DNA of 64,000 nt, from assembly GCA_964247055.1 (NCBI GenBank), contig OZ176056.1:6882001-6946000 (forward strand), written 5' to 3'. Within the stretch, counting starts at the first letter, position 1, and the number at the start of each line of letters is the position of its first letter. The notes beneath the pieces were generated by a model, which made no database searches, was not told the origin of the DNA, and worked only from the letters and a program-made list of their open reading frames with translations. This document shows, piece by piece, positions 27,001-40,361 of the stretch. Origin of the DNA: Paragordius varius. Its lineage: Eukaryota > Animalia > Nematomorpha. Both the position numbers and the translations under genes were made by a program.

Positions 27001-30000
27001 TGAACATAAAAAGTGTAGAGTTTGAATTGAAAAAAAGTGTAGAGATTGAATTGGATATTGTTGAGTTAGATTACAAAAGAGTACACATATATATTTTAAA
27101 ATCAATATTAAATCATAATGCCCAACCGAATAAAATTTATTTATAAGGTTTAAAGTCATTTTTAATGTCTGTATTTAAATTATTATGATTAGATTTGCTC
27201 ATGTGTTCAGTGCGGATACAGGAACATCGTTGGGTGAAATAATGGGTCATTCTAGGCCCATTAATTCTTGTGATTATAGACCTACTCGTCCCTTCAGAAT
27301 TATTTCAGGGAGTGATGAAGGGAATATAGCAGTGCACCAAGGACCGCCCTTTAAATTTCAATGTGCCATAGAAGTATGTTAAATATATATGTAAAAATAA
27401 GGGAATTGAGTTTTTATTTTATGATACTGGTTAAAACGATTAATAACCGGTTTTTGATGGCTTATGAATGCGGATTATTGTTTTAAATCAGCATTTTTGG
27501 TACTACAGCTTGAATAAACATATCCTAACCGATATAAGTTTTAATAGCAATAATAATAAGATATTTTCAAAAAACTTACTAACATTTGGTAAATTTTATA
27601 TAGAAATATAAGATTGTAACAATGATTTTTAAAATTTGACCATTTTTCTATCTCCGAAAAAAAATAATTAATAATGTAGATAAGTCAGTTTTAAAACTAC
27701 CATAGTAAAACGTTTATGAATTCTGGATACATTATGAATCATTCAAAAAATATGCTTTAATTTTTATATATTTTATATCTAATATTTTATTTAGACATCG
27801 CTATAAATATCCAAAATCTTAATTTTTGTTAAACGATATAAAATATTTACCATAATTTGTATAGGAGCACAAAAAATTTATATTTTGTGTCCGTTACTCA
27901 CCTAATGGTTCCCAATTCGCATCTGCCGCCGCTGATGGAAGGGTATTTAATAATATTTATTTTTTTAATCTATAATATATTTTTTGGTTAATAAAAATTT
28001 TTTCTTGATTTTTAAAAGTTTGGAATATAAAGAAATTTATAAAAAATTTTACAGTGGTTGAAAAATCTAAAGACATATTTTTTAAATTATATGCCTTGAT
28101 TTTTCCGGCATTTACCTGTTTAATTAAGTTTTTTTACATAATTAATTTTATGTCAACTTATATCTCTATTTTCTGTTTTCCGATCTAATATGATATATTT
28201 TTTAAAAATATATTTTTAATATATATTTATATTATAGTTGTTTTATTTTCAACATTCGACCAAAATTACTTGTCGCAATCGAAAATATTCACGTTTTTAA
28301 TAAATTTATTATACCATTTACACTTCTTCACCCTTAAGCAATTCAAATTCACCCTAAAATAAATTTACGTTTTTTGAGATTAAAATTTTTATATATTTCT
28401 TTATATTTTTAAAAAATGAAATTTTGTTTAAAATTAAAATAATACTAAAAAAATAATTAACTATGCCATAAAAATATATTTCATATTAATGATGAGTTTT
28501 ATTAGCCCGAAAACACATATTTTATTTTTGGAGTGAATTTGAATTGTTCGCGGGTGAATTTGAATTGTTCAAGGGTGAATATGAATTGTAAATGGTTTAT
28601 TTTTTTATTGAAATAATTCAATTAATAGTTGTATGTGGCTCTTACAAAAAATATTACCCTTTAGTTTTAAAATATTGTCTGTAAATTTTTTGTAAATATT
28701 ATATTTAGATTGTGATATATGATAGCGAAACGGATGAAAAATTATATGAACTTGGGAACCCGGCTCATGCTGGAAGTGTTTATTCGGTAATTTCCATTTT
28801 TTTTACTTATCATACACTGAAATCCAAAAAAATGTCTAATAAAAACTTACGATGAATACTCGCCTAATAAAATTATTAAAAATCTAATTTTATTATATTA
28901 AAGATTACACTATCGTATAATGCGTAATTCTCTAAATTTTGCCTATAAAAATGAATATGTTATGGGAATCGAAATTAAAAATTAAAAAAGAAACGCAATG
29001 GTTGAGTTTAATTTAACATCTAAAATGGATATGATATTTAGTAACGTAATAAGCCATTTCGGTATTTTAAATGGCTTAAAAGATAGTTAATTTTTATATG
29101 TCTGTTAACATCTATCGATAATCTTTTTGATTTTTACCAATTACAGATTTAATTTAAATTGTAGAGAAAAATACAGTGTTTGTTTGAATATGAGAAATTT
29201 CATACATGGCAAAGGAATGTCAATAAAATCCCCTTTTTAGTCATTTGAAATACCGAAATACTTTCGTTATTGTAGTTTTGAAAGAAAGGATCGCTGGTTT
29301 TTAAATACCCCTGTAATTAACATTTATATTAGCAGCATATATTTTTTGATTCACTTTAAAATTGTTTAAGGATCTTAAAATAATTACGAGTCTAAATTTT
29401 AAAAATATTTAACCATATTATTACCCTTACATTTGTATTAATCAGTAATTCTTTTGCATTTAAATTCGTATTTTTATTTTAGATAAGTTGGGATCCTGCC
29501 GGGAATCAAATTGTATCAGCTTCGGGTGATAAAACGGCCAAAATATGGGATGTACCAAATCAAAAGTTAATCAAGTAAATTCATTCGATTTTAAATTATG
29601 TTTGCTTTGTCTTTTCATTTTATTATATACGTCTCTTAACAATAGACTTAATTTATATCTTTTTGATATTTTAGAAATGAATGATTCATATATTTTAATA
29701 ATAGTTTGCCTGCTGCCCATATTATTTAAGGCATATTTTCGTTTTTCTTATTTAAGTTTTTTCATTACAAATTGAATGCTATTATTCATATAACAAAAAA
29801 TGATGGATGTGATTTAGGTTTAAAATTAAATTTTATTAAACATTCAATTTATAAAGTTTTATTACTGCAAAAGGTCATTCGAACTGGGTAAGGATGTGGA
29901 TGATATGCAAGTTGGTACCCTTTGGCAAGGTAATCATATTCTTAGTGTAAGCCTGTCAGGAAACATTAATTACCTCGATCCTGCACACGATAAACCCATT

Positions 30001-32778
30001 AAAATACTACAGGTAAACAGATATACATAAATCTTTTTAAATCACTTTTTGTTAAAAAACAGTCAACTCACAATCATAATTAAAGAAAGATGTATGAATT
30101 TTAATAATTTTATATAATATATGGTGCAAGTAACCAAGTTTTAGTAGTTAATTATTGGAAACGTGGGGCCTAACTAGATGATATCTACAAGGGGTTATAA
30201 TCAGTATATGTGTTGATTAACTTTGAAAAGAAATTTAATATATTTCACCCAAGCGTGTATTTTGGCTTTTTTATGATAATGTCAAAAAAATTATTGCGCT
30301 ATATATGCTAATTTTTAACTTATATTTTACTTTTAGGGTCATAATCGTTCAATCACAGCTATGCACATACTTAATGATGAACACTTTTTAACGGGTGCCG
30401 TAGATGGGAATGCAGATATCCTTTTTTACACATTTAATATTTTAATTTTTTTAGTAAATTAATTATTAGGTGAAGAAATCATTTTTTAATACACGCACGC
30501 ACTTTTTTTCCTTGACTGTTAAACTCTAATCTTTTTCCGACAATGTTTACTTCAATGGGACTTGAGTGGAAAAGATCCGGTAAGATTAACTGGCCCCGCA
30601 CATAAAAGCCAAATAAATTTTATTGCTTCAAAAAAGGATACAGTAGCAACTTGTAGCGTGGATGACACAATTAAATTTTCTACCGTCGGTTCAGGCAAAT
30701 GGGGGTATATTTACTCAAATTTTTATCTTTAAAATAAAAAATTATTCTTAAATTTTATAATTTTTATCATATAAAGAATAATCTACATTAAACCAAATTA
30801 GATATTGGCTAAGTTATTAAAAGGTTACATGGATTGAATGCGTAAAAATCCAAAGCTCGACAGAATTAATGTAACATCGTTTGTGTTTATTTAATTGTAC
30901 GCATTTGAATTAACTTTTTAAACGTCGTTTTAAATTTAAGTTCTTTGAGAGACAAGTATATTATTTAAAATAATGTCAATACTAAACGATCAAACGACGA
31001 TATTAAAAATCTATGTTAAGTTGTAGTTATTCTTAGGCTAAATTGATCTTGGTAAAATGAATATTGATTATAAATGGTCACACATACTTTTTGAATTTTA
31101 TTTTATACATTTTTTCTTTGCTTCTCAGAGAAAAATGGTTAAAAATGGAATCACAACCGAAATGCATAGCTTTCCTACATAACTCTGATTACCTTATGGT
31201 GGCTTGTTACAAATCTGTAAGTTTTATTAAGTAAAAATTACTCACTCGAATCACATAAAATTTATGTTCAATTTTATTTTCCCCTTAAAGGTGACGATCG
31301 TAGGTGTGGAGTCTGGAACGATTCAAAACATTGCAAAAGATTATGAACCCCTTTCCATCGCTGTTAATACCGATGATAGTATTGTCGCAGTCGGTGCTTC
31401 TAAAGTATGATAATACACATAATATTTTTGAGGCAAAAGTTGATTTTACAACAAATGTGTACAGCAACACGCAGGCCGCATACGTCCCCCCATGACTTAA
31501 TGGCCCGCGAAATTTTCAAAACTTTCACCATAATTTGCAAAAATATGTTCACCAAATCATGGCAAAATTGGTATTTCTCAAACAATTTTTCTGAATAAGT
31601 TTTCTAATGGGCAAGATCTGGAAAAAATGTTATATTGTATTTCGGCCCGCGAAGTCATTTGTCTTCACCCCTGCTTTACAATCTTTTAAAAAAATTTATA
31701 ACTTTGTTTAATATCCATTCCACCCATTTAGGATCACAAATGTCACATTTACAAACTCATTAAATCTGGCAATGATTTTAGCCTTGAATCTATGTTAGAG
31801 ATCCCACAATCTGGAAGTTTAATCTCGTTAGATTTTGCTCCTGATGGAAGTGCTTTTGCTACAGCAAATGCTGATAGACGCGTTTTCCTATACAATACCC
31901 AAGATTTTGCTGTAAATTTTGCATAAAAATTTGTTTTACATGAAATGTTTGCGTCATTTATATATATTGGCCTTAAAGCAAGTTTTCAGAAACTATGCAA
32001 GCCGCCTGTTTTAATACGATGCATATTTTATTCAAACATAAATGCTTTGATGGTGACCAAAACACTATTAAATTTATCGGTTTGATTTATATATGATAAA
32101 ATAATATAAATTATAAGCCTGTTTATGTAGCCATATTAATCAAGAAGAAAAAATAGTGCATGAATGGTAATCATTATTTTAACTAAGACTTTTTTTAATC
32201 CCAATCGTTTATTGCTTATTTTTTTTATTTTTAACAAAGTTACAGCGGCTGGTGGTGGGTATATTGAAGAATTATTAATCCAAAATTGTATCCATTGAAT
32301 GATTTGTGAATGGATTATATGCATATTAATTTTTTTAAATACAAGGTTAACATAATGCAATTAATATTTTACCTTTAGGCAAGTTGTAATAAATGACTTT
32401 AAAATTAAAGTTTAATTATTTTTAACAAATTTAAAATGCCATTTTAGAAAACTAATATGTTTGATTGGTGCTTCCATTCTTCCCGGGTGAATTCGATCAA
32501 ATTTGCACCGGATAGTAAGCATTTGGTTAGTGGTGGAGTCGATGGAAATGTTATGGTGTATTTGATGGAAAATCAAATCTCTGCCATTCAAATTTTAGGT
32601 AATAATTCTTTTTTTTGGAAAACTTTTATTTTAAAGTTTTATATATTTTTATTTCTCTACAGGAGCACACCCTTTAAGTACCGTTAACCGAGTCGAATGG
32701 TTAAAACCGGACGTAATTTTATCTGCTGGACATGATGCATGCGCTAAGATTTGGAAGATTTTTTATGATTCTCAATGA
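21071..32778 (+). CDS. WDR1: WD repeat-containing protein 1 / actin-interacting protein 1 (AIP1), ~613 aa
   Basis: Sixteen exons: 21071-21101, 21181-21302, 25800-25890, 26200-26347, 27193-27373, 27865-27942, 28709-28786, 29483-29574, 29874-30012, 30337-30415, 30551-30704, 31129-31216, 31291-31404, 31732-31911, 32448-32598 and 32663-32778 (1842 nt, phases consistent). Motifs: [10 protein letters not shown]...[73 protein letters not shown]. Confidence 0.97.
23566..23718. mobile_element. Foldback-like element, subfamily D (21-bp unit ttttttcagtcaaaaacaaca)
   Basis: Ends are tata|ccattttttcagtcaaaaacaac and gttgcttttgactggaaaatgg|tata. Three direct units on the left, degenerate inverted units on the right. 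Confidence 0.8.
23887..25253. mobile_element. Subfamily A foldback-like element interrupted by a nested insertion
   Basis: Left arm is 23887-23960 (ccatttacaattcaaattcaccc). Right arm is about 25112-25253 (…gcgtaaaagg|tata). The 1.14-kb element lies between them. Confidence 0.8.
23970..25106. mobile_element. 1137-bp non-autonomous DNA transposon with perfect 26-bp TIRs
   Basis: TIRs are ggtggagtgaataaaaaaaaggaaac and gtttccttttttttattcactccacc. CATAG is duplicated on both sides. An alternative reading is a 27-bp TIR with an ATA TSD. The gagtgaataaaaa/aaggaaac motif recurs 3-4 times near the left end. Confidence 0.9.
28314..28595. mobile_element. Foldback-like element, subfamily A, in a WDR1 intron
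   Basis: Ends are tata|ccatttacac and atgaattgtaaatgg, with 21-bp units on both arms. Confidence 0.8.
30416..30550 (+). other. U12-type (minor spliceosome) AT-AC intron in WDR1
   Basis: 5' end is ATATCCTTTT, the branch site is TTCCTTGAC at 30508-30516, and the 3' end is TTTAC. Removing it restores DGNAV-QWD in frame. No GT-AG pair does so. Confidence 0.9.
31450..31674. mobile_element. Probable hAT (Charlie-like) MITE remnant in a WDR1 intron
   Basis: Contains ggccgc/ggcccgcg subterminal motifs and a cacccctg right end. Similar fragments occur at about 39896, 40370-40630 and 61985. Confidence 0.4.
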
Positions 32779-33149
32779 GAAAACAAACGCCAAAAATCTT
32801 TATGTAATATTATAAAAACCACAATATGTTTTAGTAAATTATTAATATATCATTTTTACTGGCAATTTTCAATAAAACACATTGAGAAATCAACTCCTCA
32901 TTTAAACGCGATGCTATCTAGTTATTTATACTGATTCTCATCCAAATTTATATCAATTACACTTGGAATCTATAAATTATACGAATATTTAAATAATTTT
33001 TTTATAATGCACACATTTTACAATTTTCTTTAATTTCATAACTCATTTAATTTAAAAATGTTGTTTAGTCAATTAATCTTTAATGTTTTGTGAATAAATT
33101 ATTTTGGTATATTCTTTTATGAAATATGGGTTAAATTATTCGATATATC

Positions 33150-36100
33150 ATTGGCTGAGGCCAACAAAGTCCTATAAACACCTTCCCGCGGTGTTGGCTG
33201 GGGCATGAAAATGCGCTAACGGCAGCCAGTTTTCTAATGATCTGTAAAATCATTAGTTGTACACAAGGGCATGTGTTACGTAAAAAATTGCCTCAATAAA
33301 CCATGAAGTATTAATAATATGAAAGAAAGCTAAATACCAACCTTTTAAATAACAATAATAATCCAACTTATATTTATTTTGATAATATATCTTATTTGCT
33401 CTTTTATACACTATATTTTTTATATATATTTTGAATGATAATAATTACCAAAATAACTAGGGAAATAAATAATACACTATCAGTAATAATAATAAAACAG
33501 TTCTAAAATATGCCACATGGTATGTGGGTACCCTAGTAAACAAAATATTATTTTTTAGCCAAAACAATATGGATATATGTTGCATCCAGGAGGCCAGATT
33601 GAAGGGAGAGGGAGTGAAAAACCTTGACGAATACCCATTAATAAAGGAAATGACAAGGGTCAAAGTGGTGTTGCGATTTTTATAAAAAACAACTATCGTG
33701 ATAACATAATTGATGTAATAAGACATAATCCAAGAATGATTCAAATAAAAATTTTGATTAATGACAATGTAATAAATATTGTTTCAACTTAGCACCTCAA
33801 TCTGGTGTAAGCGAAAACGAATATTGGGATATAAATTGATGAACAAAACTCTAGTAAACAAACTTTTCTTGTTGGTGATTTTAATTGCCATATTAGTAAT
33901 GATAGTAAATCATAGCAGAAATCGTGTTGGAACTCTCGATAAGATGGGTGAGAGTTTACTAGACTTTTGTAATGCAAATCAACTTATAGTTGCAAATACC
34001 CATTTTAAGAAAAAAAACCAATTAGCATATAACATATAATTCTGGTGACCACTCATCTTTGATAAACCATATTAATTTTGAAAAACATTAAGAAACATTT
34101 AACCATCAAATCTTACCATCAATCCTCTTACCAACACATGCTAACAACAGCATTTATAATTATTGAAAAAATTCGTAAGACCGTATTTCAACCACAAAAA
34201 ATAAATATAGCAAAATTAAAGCATCCAAAATTATCCTATTATACTCAAAACACAGATTTAAATTTTTAAACAAAACAAAGTTGAAATTGTATGGAAAAAT
34301 TTTAATCCACAATTCTTACATCTGCTTAAAACATTGCGGCTTTACTACACCTACGTGACAACGGAAATGTTGGTGATGTAAACATGATATAAAACCATTG
34401 TTGCGCCAAAAATGCGAAGCTTATAATAAATGAAAATAAGGAATAAAAAAGTTTATAATGATAAAAAACGAGATGTTCAAAAGGCCATTCGACGCGCGAT
34501 TAATGAAAAATCTGTTAAAATCGCCGAAAGTTTAGAAAATGACTTTAAAAACCAAACGATGTTAAAAGACTCAAAAATCTTAACAATAGAAATAAAGATG
34601 TTAAAACCATAAAATATATTCAAGATGATAATATAATAACGAATCCCTCGAAAGTCAAAGAAATTTGGAAAACGTAGAAAAACAACTCAACCAAGTTAAT
34701 CCGACCAACCGATTTAGCAAGGTTACACCAGTAGCTGGTCCCATACAAGAAATTACCATAGATGAAGTCACAACTGCAATCAATAATTAAAAAGCAATAA
34801 AGCTCCAGGCCCAAGCAGCCTGTCCGTGTACCTCATCCGACCCATCAAAAACACTGCAGAGTATCTAAAAGTCTTTAAGCAAAAATAATTACAAACCGAA
34901 CTCCCAGCGATTGGAAGAACAGCATAACCTCCATTTATAAAAATAAAGGCGATCGACTAAAACATCGTCCTACAGACCTCTGAAACTTCTAGAACATACA
35001 CTTAAATTATCGAAATTATATTAGAAAACAGGCTGAGAAAACATATAAACATAGATTCGAATCAGTTTGCATTCCGTCCAAACAGTAGCACAATAGATCC
35101 CTTGTTTGTGCTAAGACACTTGCAAGAAAAATATCTGGAAAAACAAAAGCTATACCATGTCTTTGTAGATCTGGAACATACGTTGGATCAAATACCACGC
35201 TCCACACAATGGGCACTACTTAAAAACGGAATAGAGGAACATACTATGCAAATCTTTTTACTTCTTTATAAAAATACACCAACATTAGAACCAATGTCGG
35301 GAATACCAGCAACTTCCCAACTAACGCTGGACTACATCAAGGTTCAGTCCTAAGCCCACTCATTTTTATTGCTATAATGGATGCCGCAGCGCAAGACATA
35401 AGAACCGAGTGCCCTTGGGAAATGTTATTCGCCGACGACCTCGTTATAACGACGATCATGGGATCAACTGGTAAATAACTATACCAAGTGGAAAAAATGC
35501 CTAGATCATTATGGAATGATTATAAACCCGACAAAAACACAAGTAATTATAACGGGTGAAAGTGAAACACCCAGCCCCTGCTCCGTTTGCAGTAAGGAAG
35601 TACGTTCGAATTCCATTAAATGCATATCATATCCAATGTGGGACACAAAAAGTGCTCTAACATAAAAGGCAATTTAACAAATGCAATTAATTTTAAATGT
35701 TTAAATTGTTTAACCCCAATCCACTAAAGTTACTAAACATTGATAGTCATAATATCGAATTGGTAGACTCTTTTGTTAACCTAGGAGATGTCATATCATC
35801 TCAGGGATGCCTGCAAAAGACTATTGAAAGAAGAGTAAAACAAGGTTGGATAAAATATAATCAGTTAAAATATGTTTTCCAAAACAAAAATGTTAACAAT
35901 AATGAAGGGTATCCTCACAAAGCAGGAATAAGACCAGCTCTTACCTATGGTTCTGAAACTTGGGCATTAAACAAAACTAATCAAACAAAACTCCTAACTA
36001 GTGAGAGCCGAATACTCAAAAGCTGCTTTCGTACACCAAAAATACCAACTTACATTAAAACAAACAAATAGATTGCGTCTCTACCGTCATACTCAGAGAA

Positions 36101-36340
36101 GAGACGCCACCCATCCTTTAAAAACTGTTGAAAATTAATGTTGATGGCAAAAGAAGAAAGGGGCGGCCACTCTTTTCTTATAATGATAATGTAAAAATGG
36201 ACTTTAATCAACGTAGCCTTTCCACAGAAAGTAAAGATCGTAATTTATTGCGGGAATTACCGTGGACACAAACACTCCGAATCTGGAGTCCTAATAATCC
36301 GTCCATCATTGACTGAGTTTGAAAATATGTTTACCAATTT
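33150..36340 (+). mobile_element. Degenerate RTE-clade non-LTR retrotransposon (APE endonuclease, RT, PHD-like finger) with many frameshifts and stops
   Basis: APE motifs: ATWYVGTL, DICCIQEARLKG, LVGDFNCH, LLDFCNANQLIVANTHFKKK. RT motifs: IYKNKGD, NQFAFRPNSSTIDPLFVLRHLQEK, FVDLE, LHQGSVLSPLIF, MLFADDLVI. C-terminal motifs: IRPALTYGSETWAL, VDGKRRKGRP. The 5' boundary is approximate. Confidence 0.9.
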
Positions 36341-36479
36341 GGAAAAAGCAAACTAAAAATAATTTATGCATTTTAGATAAGTAGGATTTATATTTTTTGT
36401 TATCTATTTGATCTGAGGTTAGGTTTTTAACTAGTTAAAATATAACATCTTTGTCTATTGGCTTATGAATATAATTTAT

Positions 36480-37260
36480 TTGATTCATATGGATCGGTTT
36501 TTACACATTTCGTCCATCTCTCGGTAGTATATCAAAGGCCATGCAAGAAAAAATAATTATCTTTTGCGACAAACCATTTATTTAGCCTCTTTCCATCGTT
36601 TAAAATGAATAAACTACTGCTATTCGAGGTTGTGCTCCGTTGTTGCAAAGATGTTTTAATCAAGTGGCACAAGGCCAGGCGAGCAGCGGATGCGAAAGGA
36701 TTTCCCATTGAAGCGATTAGATGTATGTCATTGATTTTGCTGGGTGCGGAGCATTGTCATGTAACGAAATCACTTTCCCTTATCTCGTAGTTTATCGTCT
36801 CGTTTTCGATCTAAGCACGGTATATAATCATTTGTAGACAATAAGCGTAAAGGTGTACTTCTAGAAGCGTGGCCTTGATATTGATTCACCATTTGGCACC
36901 GTGAAAGCCCGCTTGGGATTTACAAAATATTGGTTATAACTCGTCCTAATTAGCTGCAAAGGGGATTTTTTGTTCAAGATTTAAGTCATTTTGCATCAGA
37001 TATAACTTTCATTCAAATACCATGGGACCTATTTATCGAGTTTTATTTCCATTGCTCATAGAGGTATATTTATTGTTTTTATACATGTATCACCAATTGT
37101 TGAAGTTTGAATTGGGTCATCATTTAACAACTCTTGCCTTTTAGTTTTCGTAGATGTGTGGCGCATTGGAACGTCTAGTTTTTAACATTGTTACAAAACT
37201 TTTGATGTGAACCATGTTTTAAATTTTTTAATCGATGGATGTCATCATTGCTACAAAACG
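36480..37260 (-). mobile_element. Degenerate mariner transposase relic (Mos1/mauritiana-like)
   Basis: Broken frames give VPWYLNE, YFVNPKR, KVISLHDNAPHPA, WEILSHP and LNKWFVAKDNYFFLHG...ERWTKCV, which are colinear with the mariner D,D34D transposase. TIRs are not recognisable. Confidence 0.8.
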
Positions 37261-38050
37261 ATAATTTTTAGCAGTTCTTCTGATGGCAATCGTGCCGAAA
37301 ATATACCTTTTAGGCCCAAAATACTACCTGATTACTGAATGATAAAACTAAGACTCTAGTTATTAGCCGACTCAGCTTGTATGTTTATCGTAAATGTCAG
37401 ATTTACTAAATGGGCTGTATCAAATTAATCGTCCGCTTACTTTCGCTGACGTATTCTTATAGTAAACCGGTTATGAATTATGACTACACCTTAATCGATG
37501 CAAAAGGTTTTACATTAATAAACATTAACATGTATTTAACGAAAAGCATTATACAATTTCAAAGTACACCAAAATATCTAGGTCCAATGATAATAAATAA
37601 TTCCGATACTAAGCCATCTAATTAAAAAGCGTTTGATTAAATATCTTATTGTATTCAAATATAAACCAGATATATTTTTGTAGATTTAAGACCCACCGGT
37701 TATCAAAAGAATTTAAAAAGTATCTGACTAGCATCCTCGAATTATATCGAAAAGTTCATCATTTCCACTTCTTTATATTAGGATAACACTGCAGCAATAT
37801 TATGAAAATTACATTGTTGAACAATGCGCCTTAATCAATCCTAAATTAAAAAAATTACCGCAAAATTTCGGAATTTTCGCTTTTTATTTGAAAAAGCTAT
37901 CCCATTTTGTAGGGAGGCAAAAATTTGAGACTTTAGGATCTCAAATCTAAAAATAAAATTTTGTAAATTAATTTTTCATAGTATTTTAAATTTATTATGA
38001 TATTTTTTGGAATGAAGTCTTTAACCACCAAAAAATTATATAATATAATT

Positions 38051-38305
38051 CCCGACATGTCATTGCTTGGAATGTCCATCCGCACCAAACCATCCTACTT
38101 TGGCCACATTATGAGATTTAATTCACTGGAAAAGTCTGGGTAAAGTTAGCGGTACACGTAAAAGGGGCCGAAGAAGGATAAGGTGGATGGGCTATATTCA
38201 ATAAGAAACCCACGCAACTTTGGCAGAACTTAACATTAAAACTAAAAACCGCAATTTATGGAGATGTTTATTTCCAATATTGCTAAAAGTCGACCTCGGC
38301 TGTAA
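38051..38305 (+). mobile_element. 5'-truncated RTE (BovB-like) LINE 3' fragment
   Basis: PSYFGHIMRFNSLEKS, then a frameshift, then LGKVSGTRKRGRRRIRWMGYI...NRNLWR...KSRPRL. This is the characteristic RTE C-terminus. Confidence 0.8.
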
Positions 38306-39208
38306 CAATACATATACACAATGGAAATATTGCGATTTTTCGATATGGAGCAATTACCACAAATAAATATTTTTAATATCACTTGTAAGCTCCAAAACCA
38401 AAACATATTTCCATAAGAATATATAATGTATTTATTTCGTCATATCTTTTATGTGGACTATATAAAAACTGTGTGCTAAAAATTTTTTTCATGTGATAGC
38501 TTATAACCAGTGAATTCATATGCCGCAAAAAATTTTTATTGACGACCTAGTCTACTAAAAATTGAAAGAAAATCGAAATTGGGCAAAACGTAAAGGATAA
38601 TTAATTACGAATAAAAAAATAATGATAATACTTGAGATAATAAAAATTATTATTATATTTTATCGGATCCCTATAACTTTTGTAATAAATCTCATAACAT
38701 AAAATAGTGATTTTGCTTTAATATACAAAAATTTTAAACTATATCAATAAATATCTAAACTATTTACTAGCTAAACTTTCTATTAAATTACCAATTATAT
38801 TTTATCCAGTAAAAACAATTTATATATCAAAATAAAACTAAAAAAATAGTGTCTTTTTTTGTATTTTTTGGTCATCTAGTTTATGAGTGTATAATAGATT
38901 TACTATTAATTTTGGAATCATATATGAGCGGAAATTACAAAGTATATAAGTTAATACAAAAAAGGATTTACAAGTAGTGGAATATCATCTATCAATTTGT
39001 TCAAATAAGTTTGTTTTAAAATTGATATTTTTGGATTTTTACGGATTTTCGGTTGATATTCCAATACTTGTAAATCGTGTTTTGTATTAAATACTTTGTA
39101 ATTTTCAATCTTGTAAGATTCCAAAATAAAACAGTTAATTTAAACACTCATGAACCAGATTAAGAAAGAATAAAAAAACAATATTTTTTGATCTATATGT
39201 TATTTATA

Positions 39209-40361
39209 CCATTTCCCAGTCAATCAAAACGTTTTCCCAGTTAATCGAAACATTTTCCCAGTCAATAAAAACATTTTCCCAATTAATAAAAACGTTTTTA
39301 TTTTTAATGACAAATATCAAAACAAGATATAAAAATAACTTTTAACCATTATCAGCGTAATATTCACTTTATCCAATTATATTCCAATGCACAATCAAAT
39401 ATGACTATTCTTTAAATGTTATATACCATTTACAGTTCAAATTCACCCTAAAAATAAATTGTGTTTTCGAACTAATATAACTCATTATTAATATGAAATA
39501 TATGTTTATTGCATAATTTATTGATTTTAATATTATTTTAATTTAAAACAAATTTTATTTTTAAAAATATAGGCACTTTTTTATCTTAAAAACATATATT
39601 TTGATTGAGAAATTGAATGTTCAGGGTTCAATTTGAATCGTTTAAGGGTGAATTTGAATTGGAATAATTTTTTATTTTGGTTCGCATTAATATTCGGGGT
39701 CAACTTATAAAATGTATATGGATGAAATAATAAAATCAATAAAAATATACCATATTTATCTCAAATTGGCCATTTGCTTCAAATTTTTAAACATGCCAAG
39801 TTTGTCGATAAAATCACTGTCGGGAAAAAATATATAAACAAAAAATATTTCTTAGACAACAAGTTTATGATTTAAAAAAGGACATTCGACTAAAACAGGG
39901 GTGTCCAAGACAAATATCTTGTGGGCCACATTTTTAACTCAAAAAGCACGGCGTTCCGCATATACGGGCATTCAAAAATAATTTATTCAATTTTAGACAT
40001 AAGAATGTAAAATACAAGCACAATACAACAATTTTCAAGTTCGTTGCCATAATAATGCGAACCATCGATAAAATAAAAAAAATGTTAATTATTTTCTTAA
40101 AAATACTCAAATTCCATAAAATATAACTTTTAAAGAATAAGTCATTAATGATGCATTGGAATATAATTTAAAACTGTCATTTAAAAATTGTGTTTTAAAA
40201 TTAATATCCTAATATTACGCCTTTAATGGTTAAAAGGTAATGTTATATCTTATTTTGATATTTATCATCAAAAATTAAACCGTTATTTTTTGACTGGGAA
40301 AACATTGGGAAAATGTTTCGATTGACTGAGAAAGCGTTTCGATTCACTGGGAAAACTACTG
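39209..40361. mobile_element. Foldback-like element, subfamily C (21-bp unit ttttcccagtcaatcaaaacg), with a nested subfamily A copy at 39426-39665
   Basis: Left end is tata|ccatttcccagtcaatc with 4 direct units at 39210-39295. Inverted units (gattgactgggaaaa type) lie at 40290-40355. Confidence 0.7.
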
